Below, in pieces: positions 27,844 to 40,896 of a stretch of 64,000 nucleotides of DNA. The stretch comes from Eledone cirrhosa. Its lineage: Eukaryota. The position numbers and the translations under genes were made by a program. Position 1 is the stretch's first letter. Each line of letters opens with the position of its first letter. The DNA is taken from positions 183,272,001 through 183,336,000 of the forward strand of contig OZ024742.1 of assembly GCA_964016885.1 (NCBI GenBank). Direction: 5' to 3'. The notes beneath the pieces are model-generated. The model was not told the origin of the DNA and did not search any database. It worked only from the letters and a program-made list of their open reading frames with translations.

Positions 27844-28039
27844 CAGACCTGCCAACCTCTAAAAAAAAAGCCAAACGAAAAGTACCATGAAAAGTGCCTC
27901 CAAACGGGGAGGAATGAGGCAAAATGGGGAGATTTCACATAATGAAAGCGATACCCATTTTCACAAGAGAAGACATTCCTCACCCACCTTAAAGTGGTGG
28001 AAAAATCTCTACGTTGTACGCGGAGAGTTGACAGGTCTG
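27844..28039. mobile_element. MITE with CAGACCTG TIRs
   Basis: cagacctgccaac...gttgacaggtctg. Confidence 0.8.
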
Positions 28040-28073
28040 TATGTATACACACACACAAAGATATATACATATT

Positions 28074-28108
<35 letters not shown>

Positions 28109-28893
28109 GCAGAAAATCGTTGACGATGTTGTCAACTTGTTTTCCGTCCAGAGGCTTTTATGCACAATTTGTTAAGACTATTTTTCATAGAGGGAAAAAT
28201 AAGTTTGTTGAAGCTCTTAACTCCAGGTTAATTTTCAATAAATACATATCCGCTCAACGTTTCTAAAAATAAATAACTTTATATTTATATATAAAGAATA
28301 GGATGGCTGTGTAGTTACTAGTTAAAGTAGGCTTTAAAATGGAATGAGAATAAGAAGAAAGCAAGAACGGGGAGGGGGTCCTCATTAGTTGTCTAATGGA
28401 GGTTCAGAACGTTCAATAACTGGGTAAGTTATTGGGAAAACGGAGGAGGGAGAGAAGGAAAATAGAAGGGAAAAGGGGAAGAAAAGAGAAAACAGCGAAA
28501 AAAACAACAAACCGAGGAATGTGCGAGCAACTTAAGGTAAGAAAATCCAAGACCACAGCGGTAACAGCACTTAAGTTCGAGAGCGTGTGGGCTATATATA
28601 TATATATATATATATATATAGCTATATACAGAGAGAGATATATAGATATATACACAGAGAGATATATAGATATATACACAGAGAGAGAGGGAGGGGGGAT
28701 AAAAAAATGTATACACATTTTGATTACCTGCACAGGCAATATTTATTAGAATGCTGCTGAAGTTTATATACATTTTTCGGGGGACACCCTGTATATATAT
28801 AAAACGACCAGCTTCCAACTGCACACTTGTTATTACAAGAAGTGTGTGAGATGTGACCGGGGCTCACTAAAATAAATTCGGTGACTTCCGTAA

Positions 28894-28933
<40 letters not shown>

Positions 28934-28938
28934 GCACT

Positions 28939-29087
28939 CATTTATTATGGCTAAGTAGAGAGCCTTGTTATTCTGGAGATTCACCTGATTCACAGGATCA
29001 TCATACAAGATGATCATGTTTGTTGATCCTGAGAATGAGCAAGTGAAACTCCAAATGTCAAGGCTCACTGCTTAGCCATAATAAATG
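28939..29087. repeat. Imperfect 149-nt hairpin between microsatellites
   Basis: catttattatggctaagtagagagccttg pairs with caaggctcactgcttagccataataaatg; inner caggatca/tgatcctg stem. Confidence 0.8.
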
Positions 29088-29123
29088 GATATTTAAACTC
29101 TACATCGGTATCATATTCAATGA

Positions 29124-29169
<46 letters not shown>

Positions 29170-29656
29170 TCTATCTATATATGAGAGAGAGAGATATGCA
29201 AAATTCTATAATCCTCCTATTTTGAAATGAAAAAAATATCCTGTATGCCGAGTGTTTTGATTAAACGATTGTTGAAGAAGTGAATGAAAAACAAAAGTAA
29301 ATATAATGTAGTTTTGCACCAATATAAATATATTTCTTTATTTGCCACAAGGGCGCACAAAAAAAGGGGACAATACAAAGGCATATGGCGGGGATTTTAC
29401 ATACAGTCGTGTAAAAAAGTTTTAACATGAAAATATAACAATCGAAATCCCCAATAGGGGAGAGGCGTTACACCAATATAAATAGTGTTTACGGAAGAAA
29501 GAAAGAAATGTTTGTGTGTATTTTATTTGTTTCAGACTGCGGTCATGCTTCGACACCGCCTTATCGACCCCCCAGTACTCGTTTTAAAAGTCAAAAGTCA
29601 GATACTTTACATTATCGAGTTCTTTTTTGTCAAACCATTAAATTACATGACAAAAA

Positions 29657-29952
29657 TACAATGGAACCTCGGTTCATCATGAAGAAATCGGTTCAACGAA
29701 CAATTTTTCCGGACATAAAACCTCTCGTTTGGTGAACAGTGTCTCGATTAAAGAACACGCAAGCCGGTAACAACGGTTGGGAGTATCGATGGGAAAGCGA
29801 CACTTGCTATATAGTTAGTTACTATGGTGATATCTATCTATCACTCACATACAGGCTCTCTCTCTCTCTCTCTCTATGTATTTCTCTCTCAACATTCCGT
29901 ATGTAAAAAGTAGTTTCGGTTGACGAACGGCCTTCAGGACCGAATTAAGTTG
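29657..29952 (+). mobile_element. Tigger/pogo-type MITE
   Basis: Starts tacaatggaacctcg; homologous to 19862-20128. Confidence 0.7.
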
Positions 29953-30015
29953 ATAATACAACCATATTTTTCGCCCTTTCACTGAGATTCATTGGCATGT
30001 AAGGAATTTGTATTT

Positions 30016-30088
30016 AATCGCTTCTGATGAGCTTATCCTAACAGGACTGGAATATTGTAGTTAGTCTAACGAAACGTCGTAAATCAAT
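30016..30088 (+). ncRNA. Degenerate hammerhead motif, family F
   Basis: CTGATGA-g...ctaac..gttag...aac-GAAA-cgtcg-TA; stem I only partly paired. Confidence 0.5.
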
Positions 30089-30127
30089 GAAATGATTTAA
30101 TTAAAATCCTTGTTAATCTTATGTATT

Positions 30128-30166
<39 letters not shown>

Positions 30167-30945
30167 CGGTCCTTTGCATTTTCCGGCTACCAAAATCCTG
30201 TCACAATAATTTGATTAAGCTGAGGTTATAGTAGAAGTTGCAAAACAGTGAGACTGGACCCAGAACCAACTGGTTGCGAAGTGAACTCCTTAACATGTAT
30301 ATGCACCATTGTAACATTTATATTTAAGTGTGTACATATGGTGTATATATGGCATTAGAGAACCATATTTCTTGCCTGAATGAAATCTATAGTTGGTTGC
30401 AGTTGAATACATGTATGTGTATTTTTATTTAACTTAATGTATGCTGCATTTCCTATATTTATTTATTTTACTTTCACTTCTTACGTAATATTGTAAATCT
30501 TATATTCCCCTTTTCGCTTTTATTTTCACTGGATTGTTATCGTCACTTCAATATAGAGGATTTTGCCAAATATCTGATTAATTTTACATGTGTGTGTCTT
30601 TCGACATTTACATCAAAATGACGCCATAAATTTAAAAAAATATTCCCACACATAAGTATAACTGTTTGTGTGAACAAAATGGATATAATGTCTTCGTATG
30701 TAGTAAATAGTATATAGGTGTGTAATGCTATAAAAAAATATATACTTATGTTACACATACATACATTATAAATTACAGGTGTGAGAAAGAACGAAAAAGA
30801 AGGGCAATCAACACATAATGTGGTAAACAGTTTCATAACCAGTGGTTTCAATTCACAGAGAAATACGTATATTTAGTATGATTTCATGTCTACATATTGA
30901 AATGTCTAAATTTATATACATATTTACGCAGTCTCGGTTTCCTCC

Positions 30946-30988
<43 letters not shown>

Positions 30989-31755
30989 TACGTATACAGG
31001 TATAACTTTTATCGTGGACTTCGGCTGCTTAGAGCACAACTTGAATATATATCTTAATTAAATACTAATACAAGCACTAATACTATGCAAATTAGTACGT
31101 CTATTTCAGGATAGTAGAATAAGTGATATGGTATATAACTTCCTCGGTTATGCATTTACTTAAAAAAAAAACAATTAAAAGTGTTTATCTTTTTTTCAAG
31201 TTAAGGGAAAAAAAAACTAGATTTGGCATGTTTACATGTCTATATACTAAAAATGTATACATATATAATATATGCGTGTGTGTTTAATGCTTTTTAGAGG
31301 AAAAAAAACCAAAAACCAATGCGTGGCAATATATATTTTCTCTCACTGAAACCATAAACTATGTCACAAACACTCCACCGTCTCTCTCTCTCAACACCAC
31401 TCCTAGGAATCGACTTTCGTTTGTTGATAATTTAGAAAAAAAAAAAAAAAAGAATGATGTCATTACGTTGCTAAGCAGAGATCGATCGTCTGCTATCGAA
31501 CAGAGAGAATCTGATTGGAGCATCAAACACAGTAATACAATAAATATCGGAAGTGATATTCCATTCCATAGACATACAAAGGCAGGATCAATTCCGAAAT
31601 CCTGATTAACTTCGTTTGGCTCAGCTTGGAATGTACTTTTGAAATACATCGAAGGAACAGTCTACAGTAAATGAACTGGTGCCACACATACACCAACAAA
31701 CATACACTTTGATATATATACACTGGCACACACAGTCACAAACACTAGCGCCACT

Positions 31756-31803
<48 letters not shown>

Positions 31804-31907
31804 CATACATACATACATAGATACATTGATATATACACTGGTACATATGCACCAGCGTAACACACACACAGACGGATAGACAGAAAATTGTTGTTGTTGA
31901 TATCATT

Positions 31908-32443
31908 ATTGGCTGTATCAGTAGAGCGTCGGACATGCTTTGCGGCATAGAGTTAGGGCCCTTTACGGTCTGAGTTCAAATCCTGCCGAGATTAACGTTG
32001 CCCTTCATCCTTACGGGGTTCGATAAAATGAAGTACCAATCATGCACTGGGGTCGATTTAATCGGCTTTCCCCTCCCCAAAATTGCTGGCCTTGTGCCTA
32101 TATAAGAAATCATTATTATGACCTTTACGATCTGAGTTCAAATGCCGCCGAGGTTGACTTTGCCTTTCATCCTTACGGGGTCGATAAAATAAAGTACCAG
32201 TAATACACTGGGTATTTGCTGGCCTTGTGCCTAAAGTAGAAACAATTATTATGACTATCATAGGGGCAGTATCGGTAGAGGGTCGGACGCCATGCTTTGC
32301 AGCAAAGAGTTACGGCCCTTTATGGTATGAATTCAAATCCCGCCGAGGTTAACTTTGACTTTCATCCTTACGGGGTCGATAAAATAAAGTACCAGTAATA
32401 CACTGGGATAATTGCTGGCCTTGCGCCAAAAAGTAGAAACAAT
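31908..32443 (+). mobile_element. Three tandem SINE family 1 copies
   Basis: 31908-32112, 32120-32246 and 32263-32443. Confidence 0.85.
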
Positions 32444-33244
32444 TATTATTACTATCATTTCTTTTCAGCGACTCATATCTAACTGTTTCGCGTATTTCAA
32501 TTAATTTATTGGGTGGCTTTGCAGTTGATTACAAAGTCTTTTTTGAAGGAGCTTATGCGTATCGAAAAAACTTGGGGGGGGGGGGGGGGGTTTACAAATA
32601 GATCTATCAATTTATTGATTTAAAAAATATCTAAAATGCGAAGATTTGCAATAGAAAAGCAGATAGACACCTTTCATTTTATTCGGCCATTTTAAATATC
32701 TAAAACGAAATATTTACGAGAGTATTTTGTTTAGTCATACGTCAATACATGATAGAGCTAATATGATGAAAAACATTCCAGCCATCTTTTTCACACATCT
32801 CTTTATCCAGGGAAAAAGTCACGACTTTTTCCTGTAATTGTATTTCCACTCACCGTAGAGGCTCCCTTTTCCAAGTTACGGTACAGCCCAGCAGCAGTTT
32901 TAAGTTTGTATTGAGATGGGGGGGGGGGTTTATTTTATTATCTATGTGTGTTGACATTCATCTTTAGCGATGCGAATCATTAAGTTTTCAATGAGTTAGA
33001 GAATGATAAAGAAAGAAGAAATAAGGTAACAATTGGCAGCAGTAAAAGAAAGCAGCCTTAGAAAGAGAGGAAAAGTTAGGAAATTAAAGACGGTCGTGAT
33101 GGTGGTGGGCAACAACGACCAACAAAATAAGAAAACTACATTGAAACGTTACACAGAGTTGTAAGAAAACATAAGAAAAAGAGGTCTTACTTGATGGAGA
33201 GTCATAAATGTATATATAAATATGCAATTTGTAAGTACTATATA

Positions 33245-33510
33245 ATAAAATTGGCACTCCGTCGGTTATGGTGACGAGTGTTCCAGTTGATAAGATCAAC
33301 GAAAGAGCCTGCTCGCGATATTAACGTGCATGTATGTGACTGGGCATTCTACAGACACGCGTACCCTTAACATATTTCTCAGGGAGATTCAGCGTGACAC
33401 ATAATGTGACAAGACTGGCCCTTCAAATTAGAGGTACAACTCATTTTTGTCAGCTGAGTGTCTCGCTCAACGACAAAACGCGCCAGCAGAACCACTAAGC
33501 CACGCGCTTT
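33245..33510 (-). mobile_element. tRNA-derived SINE with a different tail
   Basis: ccactaagccacgcgc head remnant; body related to 57540-57690. Confidence 0.55.
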
Positions 33511-34079
33511 CATGCTTTTACACACTATATAATACTTTACATATAAATATATCTAAAGCTAGATATAAATCCTAAAACGACAATAACGCTAAATATAAAA
33601 TATAAACACCATACATAAATGTTAATATATATCTGTGAGTGTGTTTGCAAAGCTATATATATATATATATATAACGCTACATATAAAAACAACTGAGAGA
33701 ATGTATGTGAAGTCGTTCTGATCTCTCTCTCCCCTCATATTTTGCCTGGTTGATTCTGGCTCTCATCTATGTCTTCAAGGTCGATTAAATACGTAGCAAT
33801 AAAACCGCTGAGATATGGTCTACGATGCGGAGTAGAAACATCCATCCCCTTGGTGACTCCAGATGGCGATACCTTTTGTCATTGCTTATTCCTTTGGAAG
33901 TCAAGAAAATCTAGTTATTCATGTGCCGTAGTTTTGATTACTCATGTTCAAGTGCTTAGTGTGAAGAGTCAGCTTTGTCAGCCATGTGTGAAATACAAAT
34001 ATCATCACTTTAGTAAAATAGAGGCTTGAGTGAAAAGGCTTTCAGCATCTTCATGTGTGTATATGTATGTATATACATT

Positions 34080-34408
34080 GATAGGGTTGGAGAAAGAAGC
34101 AGTGTTCGTGGGACTACGCAGAGCTTGATGCCACAGATGTTCCGCTTAAACTGTTGTAGGTGCACACTTTTTGGAAATACATAAGCACGAACAGAGTTTC
34201 AGTTCTAGGTCAAGAGGACAGAGCATAGAGGTTATAAAGGTGCTTAGTGGAGCGGTTGGACATAACGTGAGAAATGAAAGAAGGTGAGATGAAAAAGTCG
34301 AGTGTGTCTAGTTGAAGATGGTATGAGACTAGCAACTTCAGATATGTTGTAGAGGTAGGGGAGGCAGAGAGAGGAACAGAGATTGCTGTAGTAGGAGGTA
34401 GAAGAAGC
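34080..34408 (-). mobile_element. L2/Crack-like LINE ORF2 3' remnant
   Basis: SEVASLIPSSTRHTR...VFPKSVHLQQFKRNI, with frameshifts. Confidence 0.55.
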
Positions 34409-34579
34409 TTATTTTATGAACAAAAGATGGTAAGTTCGAAAGATGTAGCAAATATGACACAACCCTGCTGAATGCAACACCGACTTTGTTTCTTGGCCAG
34501 GAGCGTAGCTGTCACCCCAAATGGTTCTTGAGAATTTCACCCACCTCCACGAGAAGAAAAAAAAATATATATATATATA

Positions 34580-34756
34580 TACCCTATTTACCGGCGTCGA
34601 AGACGCTACTTTTTTCATAAAATAAATCTCAAAAATCTACCATGCGTCGTGGAGGTCGAAGGTTAATTATGTTTTTTTTTTTTCAAATTTTTCGTTGTCA
34701 AAATTAGGGTGCGTCCTCGAGGACGAAGCGTCTTCGGTGCCGAGAAATATGGAGTA
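34580..34756. mobile_element. Tc1/pogo-type MITE in a TA tract
   Basis: TIRs taccctatttaccggcgtcgaagacgc / gcgtcttcggtgccgagaaatatggagta. Confidence 0.65.
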
Positions 34757-35570
34757 TATATATATATATATATATAGTACACATGAAAAAGTGGCCAAAA
34801 GTTTCGCCAGCGCAACTACTATATTTATATTATACTATGACAACAGTTTCTGTTTTTGTAACCACTTAGTCACGCACATTCACCATCTTTGCTAGTTCAG
34901 CATTGCCGAGGTTAACTTTGCCTTTCATCCTTACGGGGTCGATAAAATAAAGTACCAGTAATGCACTGGGTATTTGCTGGCCTTGTGCCAATAGTAGAAA
35001 CAATTATTTATGTCTCTGTACCATCACATTCATACGGATCATCTAATTTATTTACATAAAGCTTGATTCTTAAATATTTTACGGATTATACCAGTGGTGA
35101 GATAGGCGGCGAATTGGCAGAGTGATTAGGACGTCGGATAGAATGCTTTGTGGTACTCCTTCCGGCTCTCTCTGCTCTGAGTTTAAATCCTGCCTTTCGA
35201 GGTCGATAACAAAAGTATCAGTCAAGTACTGGGGTGGATTTTTCCTTTATGTCTCTTTCTCATTTCCTCTCTCTCACTTTCTCTCTTTCTCTGGAAGAAA
35301 TCTGCTGTACTCAGGCTTGGAGAGGGATGGGCTCCGCCAGAGTTAAAATGCCCCAGAAACGCCGTATGTCAATACAGCGCCGCTACGACTCTATCAGGAG
35401 GTACACGGGACAATACATACCATACATACGAGGGGTGAGAGGAGTCTTCTACCTTGCTGTTCGTGGAATTACATTGAGCTTCAAACGTTATTATTTCAAG
35501 ATTTACAAAAAAAAAGAAACGCTATGTGTGTGGGGTGGGGGTAATTGGGGTTTTCCAATACACACACATT

Positions 35571-35602
<32 letters not shown>

Positions 35603-35636
35603 CACACACACACGTATACATGTATATGTGTGTGTG

Positions 35637-35671
<35 letters not shown>

Positions 35672-36364
35672 GTATACATGTGTGTGTATATGCACGCACA
35701 CACACACACACATGTATGTGTGTGTGTGTATAAGTATGACTTCACTGGTGATTGGCATGTTTTATAAAGAGACAATAACAAAAATGTATCTTTTAAACAA
35801 CAAAATCCTTGGTACAGTAAAATATATTTGAAAAAAAATGAAGAATCATTTCACTTGTGGTTGATGTTTTATGAAATTTGCATTTTGATAAATTAATTGT
35901 TTGCAAGAGAATACTTACCGACACGTGTTGAGTACGGACACGTGGGCGAGATTAATGATAAAAATATTCAATATATGTTCAAATAACATACGAGAATAAA
36001 TGTATGAATAACTTTTGGAAAAATAAGTATTTACAGGGACAAATGAGAGTTTTAGGCACTGTGACTGGAAAGCAAACTTCTTATTGTAGAAGAAATGAGT
36101 AATGTTTGTGTGCAAATTTTAGTGTTACACCTGTGAATAAACATAATGATGCTTCGTTCTTGCACCTTACACACACACACATATATATACACACAGAGTT
36201 GAAAATGAACGAACAAAACACGAGGCATTTGTACATTGTTATATGGAAGTGGAAGAGGTTTCAACGTTTTGACGTGAAGGAAACAAGAATCGAACAAACA
36301 AAAGGATGCAATAACATGAAGTGTATTAGTTTTACGTTTGGGAGAAGAAGAATTGGGTTATATA

Positions 36365-36399
36365 AGTCAACGTATCGGGCATTTGCCCTTCATCAGGAA
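36365..36399 (-). ncRNA. Degenerate hammerhead, family C-like
   Basis: CTGATGA-a-gggc-aaat-gccc-GATA-cgtt; GAAA mutated to GATA. Confidence 0.55.
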
Positions 36400-36939
36400 T
36401 AACATATATAATACACACGTATTATTATAGTTCATATATATATTATAGACTAAAATAAGTGTTTAAAATGTCTTTGTAATTTAAAACATTCAATACTAGT
36501 GGGTAGAGTGTATACACACATATACATACACATTCGTTTGTGTATATACGCCGCACTGGTTGATAAATCGCTTCTCCATTTTACTTGTACAACGGATCAG
36601 TATATTTTGAATTCATCATGCTTTTAGGGCCAGTAGATAAGTCACATGCTGCTTTTTAACGTGCCGTATATTCGTGGGAAAAAGGTGCGACAACATATTT
36701 ATACACGAGTAAAATACCCTACATAATTTTTGTTTTCAACTCTAAATTTACTCTTAAACTTTCACTTGTTTCAATCTTCGAGATGCGACCATGCTGGAGC
36801 ACGGAAATTATATTTTAAAAAAATAAATAAACAAGAACCTATAAAAATGTTATTGCTCTAATCTCTGGATTGTATATCCTACCTATTTTTTATGTCTTGT
36901 ATTCAAACCCCCGTGTAATTGGAAGCACACACGTTGTGT

Positions 36940-36998
<59 letters not shown>

Positions 36999-37289
36999 CA
37001 TAGTCAATAAAGTATAATAAATAAAGCATAAGTTGAACAAAACAAATAGATGGGTCCCGAGTGTTTTTTAAAACTCGAAACATTAGAAACAATATATATA
37101 TATATACATACACACACATATATATATATATATATATATTTATCATCAATAAAATATAAACACTCTCTAATGTTAACTGGAAAAGAAGAAAAAACCCACA
37201 AAGGTATCAACTATAAGATATATTTATTATGCATGCATGTACACACACACACACAATATCTATCTATATATCTATATATGTAGATAGAT

Positions 37290-37719
37290 ATATTTATTAA
37301 AATAACAGATTAAAGTTTAAGCAAAGAATCGCTGCTTTCACCCTTAACGGGATCTTCTGAAACTAACAAAGTCAATCTGTGAACGCAGAAGTGAATATTT
37401 CAAAAAACGTTGCAACCAGAGGAGGACAGGATTATATTCGTTTTTTTCCTGTTCTTTGCCAGGGAACGTTTCCACGAACCAAAGTATCGTCTTCCTGTCT
37501 TCCTCCGGTTGCAACGGTTTTTGAAATATTCACTTCTGCGTTCACAGATTGACTTTGTTAGTTTCAGAAGATCCCGTTAAGGGTGAAAGCAGCGATTCTT
37601 TGCTTAAACTTTAATCTGTTATTTTAATAAATATTTGCTCTACGGTTCTTATATATCTGATATATATTTATCCTTATCGAGCCCTCTTTGGATTTTAGTC
37701 TTCAAATTTATTATTATTA

Positions 37720-37722
<3 letters not shown>
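37290..37722. mobile_element. HHR-like family D unit with a 5' inverted arm
   Basis: 37290-37431 is inverted to 37493-37634; the unit continues to a (TAT)n/(TA)n end. Confidence 0.85.
37545..37618 (+). ncRNA. Hammerhead-like motif with CAGAAGA core (U4A), family D
   Basis: cagattga..agttt-CAGAAGA-tccc-gttaa-gggt-GAAA-gca-loop-tgc-TT-aaact-ttaatctg. Confidence 0.6.
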
Positions 37723-37762
<40 letters not shown>

Positions 37763-37817
37763 AAAAGAATGACTTCACTTGTGGTGTTAAAAAATGTATG
37801 ATTTAATGTTATAATAT

Positions 37818-38152
37818 AATTGTTTCTACTTTTGGCACAAGGCCGGCAATTACCCATTACATTACTGGTCCTTTATTTTATCGACCCCGTAAGGATGAAA
37901 GGCAAAGTTGACCTCGGCGGGATTTGAACTCATAAAGGATATAATTATGAAATAATTTTATAATATAATATTTGGCAGTATTGGGAGAGGGTCGGACGCC
38001 ATGCTTTGACGTATAGAGTTACGGCCCTTGCCATTCTGAGTTCAAATCCCGCCGAGGTTAACTTTGCCTTTCATCCTTACGGGGTCGATAAAAATAAAGT
38101 ACAAGTAATGCACTGGGTAATTGCTGGCCTTGTGCCTAACGTAGAAACAATT
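37818..38152. mobile_element. Head-to-head pair of SINE family 1 copies
   Basis: 37818-37932 (-) and 37972-38152 (+). Confidence 0.85.
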
Positions 38153-38449
38153 ATATAACATTAAATCAATTTTTTTTAAATATACCTAACTGTACCATGG
38201 ATATCACACATTTTCTTATATATATATACGTAAGGATGTATGTATGTATACGTACATACATATATCTATACAGGCGTACAGTAGTACGTATATATATATA
38301 TACATGCACACACACATATATATATAGATGCATGTATCGGTTTACCGAACATTTATTATAATTCTCGGTTTGTTTGTAAACAAACAGCCCGAATTACGCC
38401 GTACAGTGTTTAGGCAACCACGTCACCTTTTTGTTCAACAGACACAGGA

Positions 38450-38492
38450 ACGATGTACTAGTTTCAAGCTTATTAGCTATCGTCAGCATCGT
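38450..38492 (-). ncRNA. Minimal hammerhead ribozyme, family A
   Basis: acgatg-CTGACGA-t-agct-aata-agct-t-GAAA-ctag-TA-catcgt, fully paired. Confidence 0.9.
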
Positions 38493-38563
38493 ATACCACA
38501 GCCGTTAATATGCATAAGGAAAGTATATACTTTCAGACGTTCAACCATCTGGCAGGAAGGTAT

Positions 38564-38606
38564 ACGATGCTGACGATAGCTAATAAGCTTGAAACTTGTA
38601 CATCGT
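38564..38606 (+). ncRNA. Minimal hammerhead ribozyme, family A
   Basis: As above, with loop III cttg. Confidence 0.85.
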
Positions 38607-38896
38607 TCCTGTGTCAGTGTTGAACAAAAAGGTGATGTGTTTACCTAAACACTGTACGGCGTAATTCGGGCTGTTTGTTTGTTTACAAACAAACCGAGCA
38701 TTATAATAAATGTTCGGTAAACCGATACGTGCATATATATATGTGTGCATGTATGTATATATTTATACATACTACTGTACGTCTGTATACATATATGTAT
38801 GTACGTATACATACATACTTACATTTAAGTAACTGCCGTACTAAGAGTGAGAAATGAAATTTCGTTTCATTCTATTCCATTTATATATATATATAT

Positions 38897-39056
38897 AGTA
38901 ATAATAATAAATTTGAAGACTAAAATCCAAAGAGGGCTCGATAAGGATAAATATATATCAGATATATAAGAACCGTAGAGCAAATATTTATTAAAATAAC
39001 AGATTAAAGTTAAAGCAAAGAATCGCTGCGTTCACCCTTAACGGGATCTTCTGAAA
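38897..39056 (-). mobile_element. Third family D copy, inverted relative to 37562-37722
   Basis: Reverse-complement match including CAGAAGA. Confidence 0.85.
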
Positions 39057-40634
39057 TAAATAAATAAATAAATGTATGTATGTGTATGTATATGTGAGAG
39101 AGAGAGAGAGAGGGATGGGGGTAGTGCACTAAGTGTTCACATGAAGAGAGGAAGATTAATAGTTTTCAGCGAGATATGAAGGAGCAAGTAAGTTGAAAGC
39201 AAACATAACAGTCCATTGTGTTGCTGTGACTGTTGAAGTCATGTCCATTAAGAAACAAATGTATAGCAACTAATGTAACAGATACTCCATGTGATGTTGG
39301 CTTAGATATCTTGTCATCTGGTGATAATGAGGGACGGGGGAGTAAGAGAGCGACATCATAGATTCTCCGTCAATTTCAACGATGAACATTCAATTATTCA
39401 ATCAAAGGAAAAGTACCTATCGTCAAATTAGACCAAGGAAACGATATTTCCATTGATGATACAATCTGCCGCTTAAGAACTACGCGTCATCCGGTCCAGG
39501 AATTGAATCTTATGATCGTGAGTCCGACACCCAAACCATTTGGCGGCGTGCCTTTATCAATGAACTGAATGTCCAATTTACGAATTAACCTGTAAGCGGT
39601 TGAATATTCCACAGCCATGTGGACAATAGACGTAATTCTCATACAGATACACTCCATCCAACAGACTTTTACAAAGTTTCCATCAACCCAGTTTTAATTC
39701 ACAATGCATTTTAATAGCTTACATTAAATAACGTAATTAACCTGATAGAATTAAAGAATAAACTAAAACTGTATATTCACATTCTTTAATATTTTTTACT
39801 ATGTGGGTTTTTATCAGGTGGGGATCTTGTCCTGGGCTTTTGTCATGGACCCAACAAAAATGTTTTGAAAATGATTTGCGATATTTTAGTGCATCACCGA
39901 TGATGCTAAGGCGAAACGTCATTGATAAGGTCACCGACTGTGTGATGAAAGAAGGGGCTTGAAAATTAAGTTAATTAATCGATTGATGACTGGTGTGTGA
40001 GTTTTAATTGGCAATATCATTCTCCCAAAGAACAATATATGTTCCAACATATGATTTCACATCAAGAATATCGAAAAAAATATATATATACAAAAAATAA
40101 AATATATTTATAGTGTTCGGAGATAACATAATCGTTAGCTAGTCCGTTGGTATGTAAAGAAAGCAACAATACTTTTCAGCTAAGTCCTTAGAAAAACCAA
40201 ATGTTCCGTGATAAATGCTCTTAAGCCGTTTGTAAATCAGTGAGTGCATAATTTAGTCGTATCAGAAACCCCGTTTGCTACTTCATTGCATACACACGTG
40301 CTGCTATAATTTTTATTGTTTCTTCTAATGTGGATACTTTGGTTCGTTTTAAGAGATGTTCTATTTTATTGAAGATTAGAATTTGATGACATAGAGACAA
40401 TTAATGAGTAAGCTAGAAATGTGTATTGAAAAATCTTAACACACTCACACAAACATATATATAATTCGTTTTTGAATTTGTTTTGCGAGATTTCTTATCT
40501 GAAAACGTGTGTTGAAACAGATATTGTTATACTTTGAGAGGGTCATGCTGCCAATAAAAACACACGCACCTGTTGGTTTTCACTTCAATTTATTATAAAT
40601 TTCCGGTTGGTTGGTTCAATAACCGAAATATATT

Positions 40635-40676
40635 GTCAAAGCTCTTCATCACACATTCTGTGACCTCCTCAGTGAC
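40635..40676 (-). ncRNA. Hammerhead motif in a PLE 3' pLTR, one extra G in GAAA
   Basis: gtca-CTGAGGA-g-gtcac-agaatgt-gtgat-GAAgA-gc-TT-tgac. Confidence 0.6.
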
Positions 40677-40896
40677 TAGGTTTTTATTTTGTGAGTCTCT
40701 CCTTTGTTCCGTCTTACACCATCTTGTTTTTGTGTGTTGTGTTCTTAGTTTGCGCATGCGTTACATGCGGGTGTGTGTGTGTTCTTATTTATTTATGTGC
40801 GTATTTACTTTCACTAGTTGGTTGTTTGTTCTATGTGTGTCTGATTTGTTTTGTTAGTTTGGTTTTTCTGTGTGTCTGTATGTCTTCATTTTGTCC

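Larger units (their letters stand above)
38230..38880. mobile_element. Family A unit (+, 38498-38880) with inverted arm (-, 38230-38497)
   Basis: Arms are reverse-complementary over about 265 nt; flanked by TA tracts. Confidence 0.88.

Noticed and set aside
31560-31660. Conserved miRNA hairpin
   Set aside because: No mature miRNA I recognise and no clean hairpin
39889-39925. CCGATGA-tgctaaggc-GAAA-cgtc as a hammerhead
   Set aside because: U4 altered, 2-bp stem II and stem I out of register; could be chance
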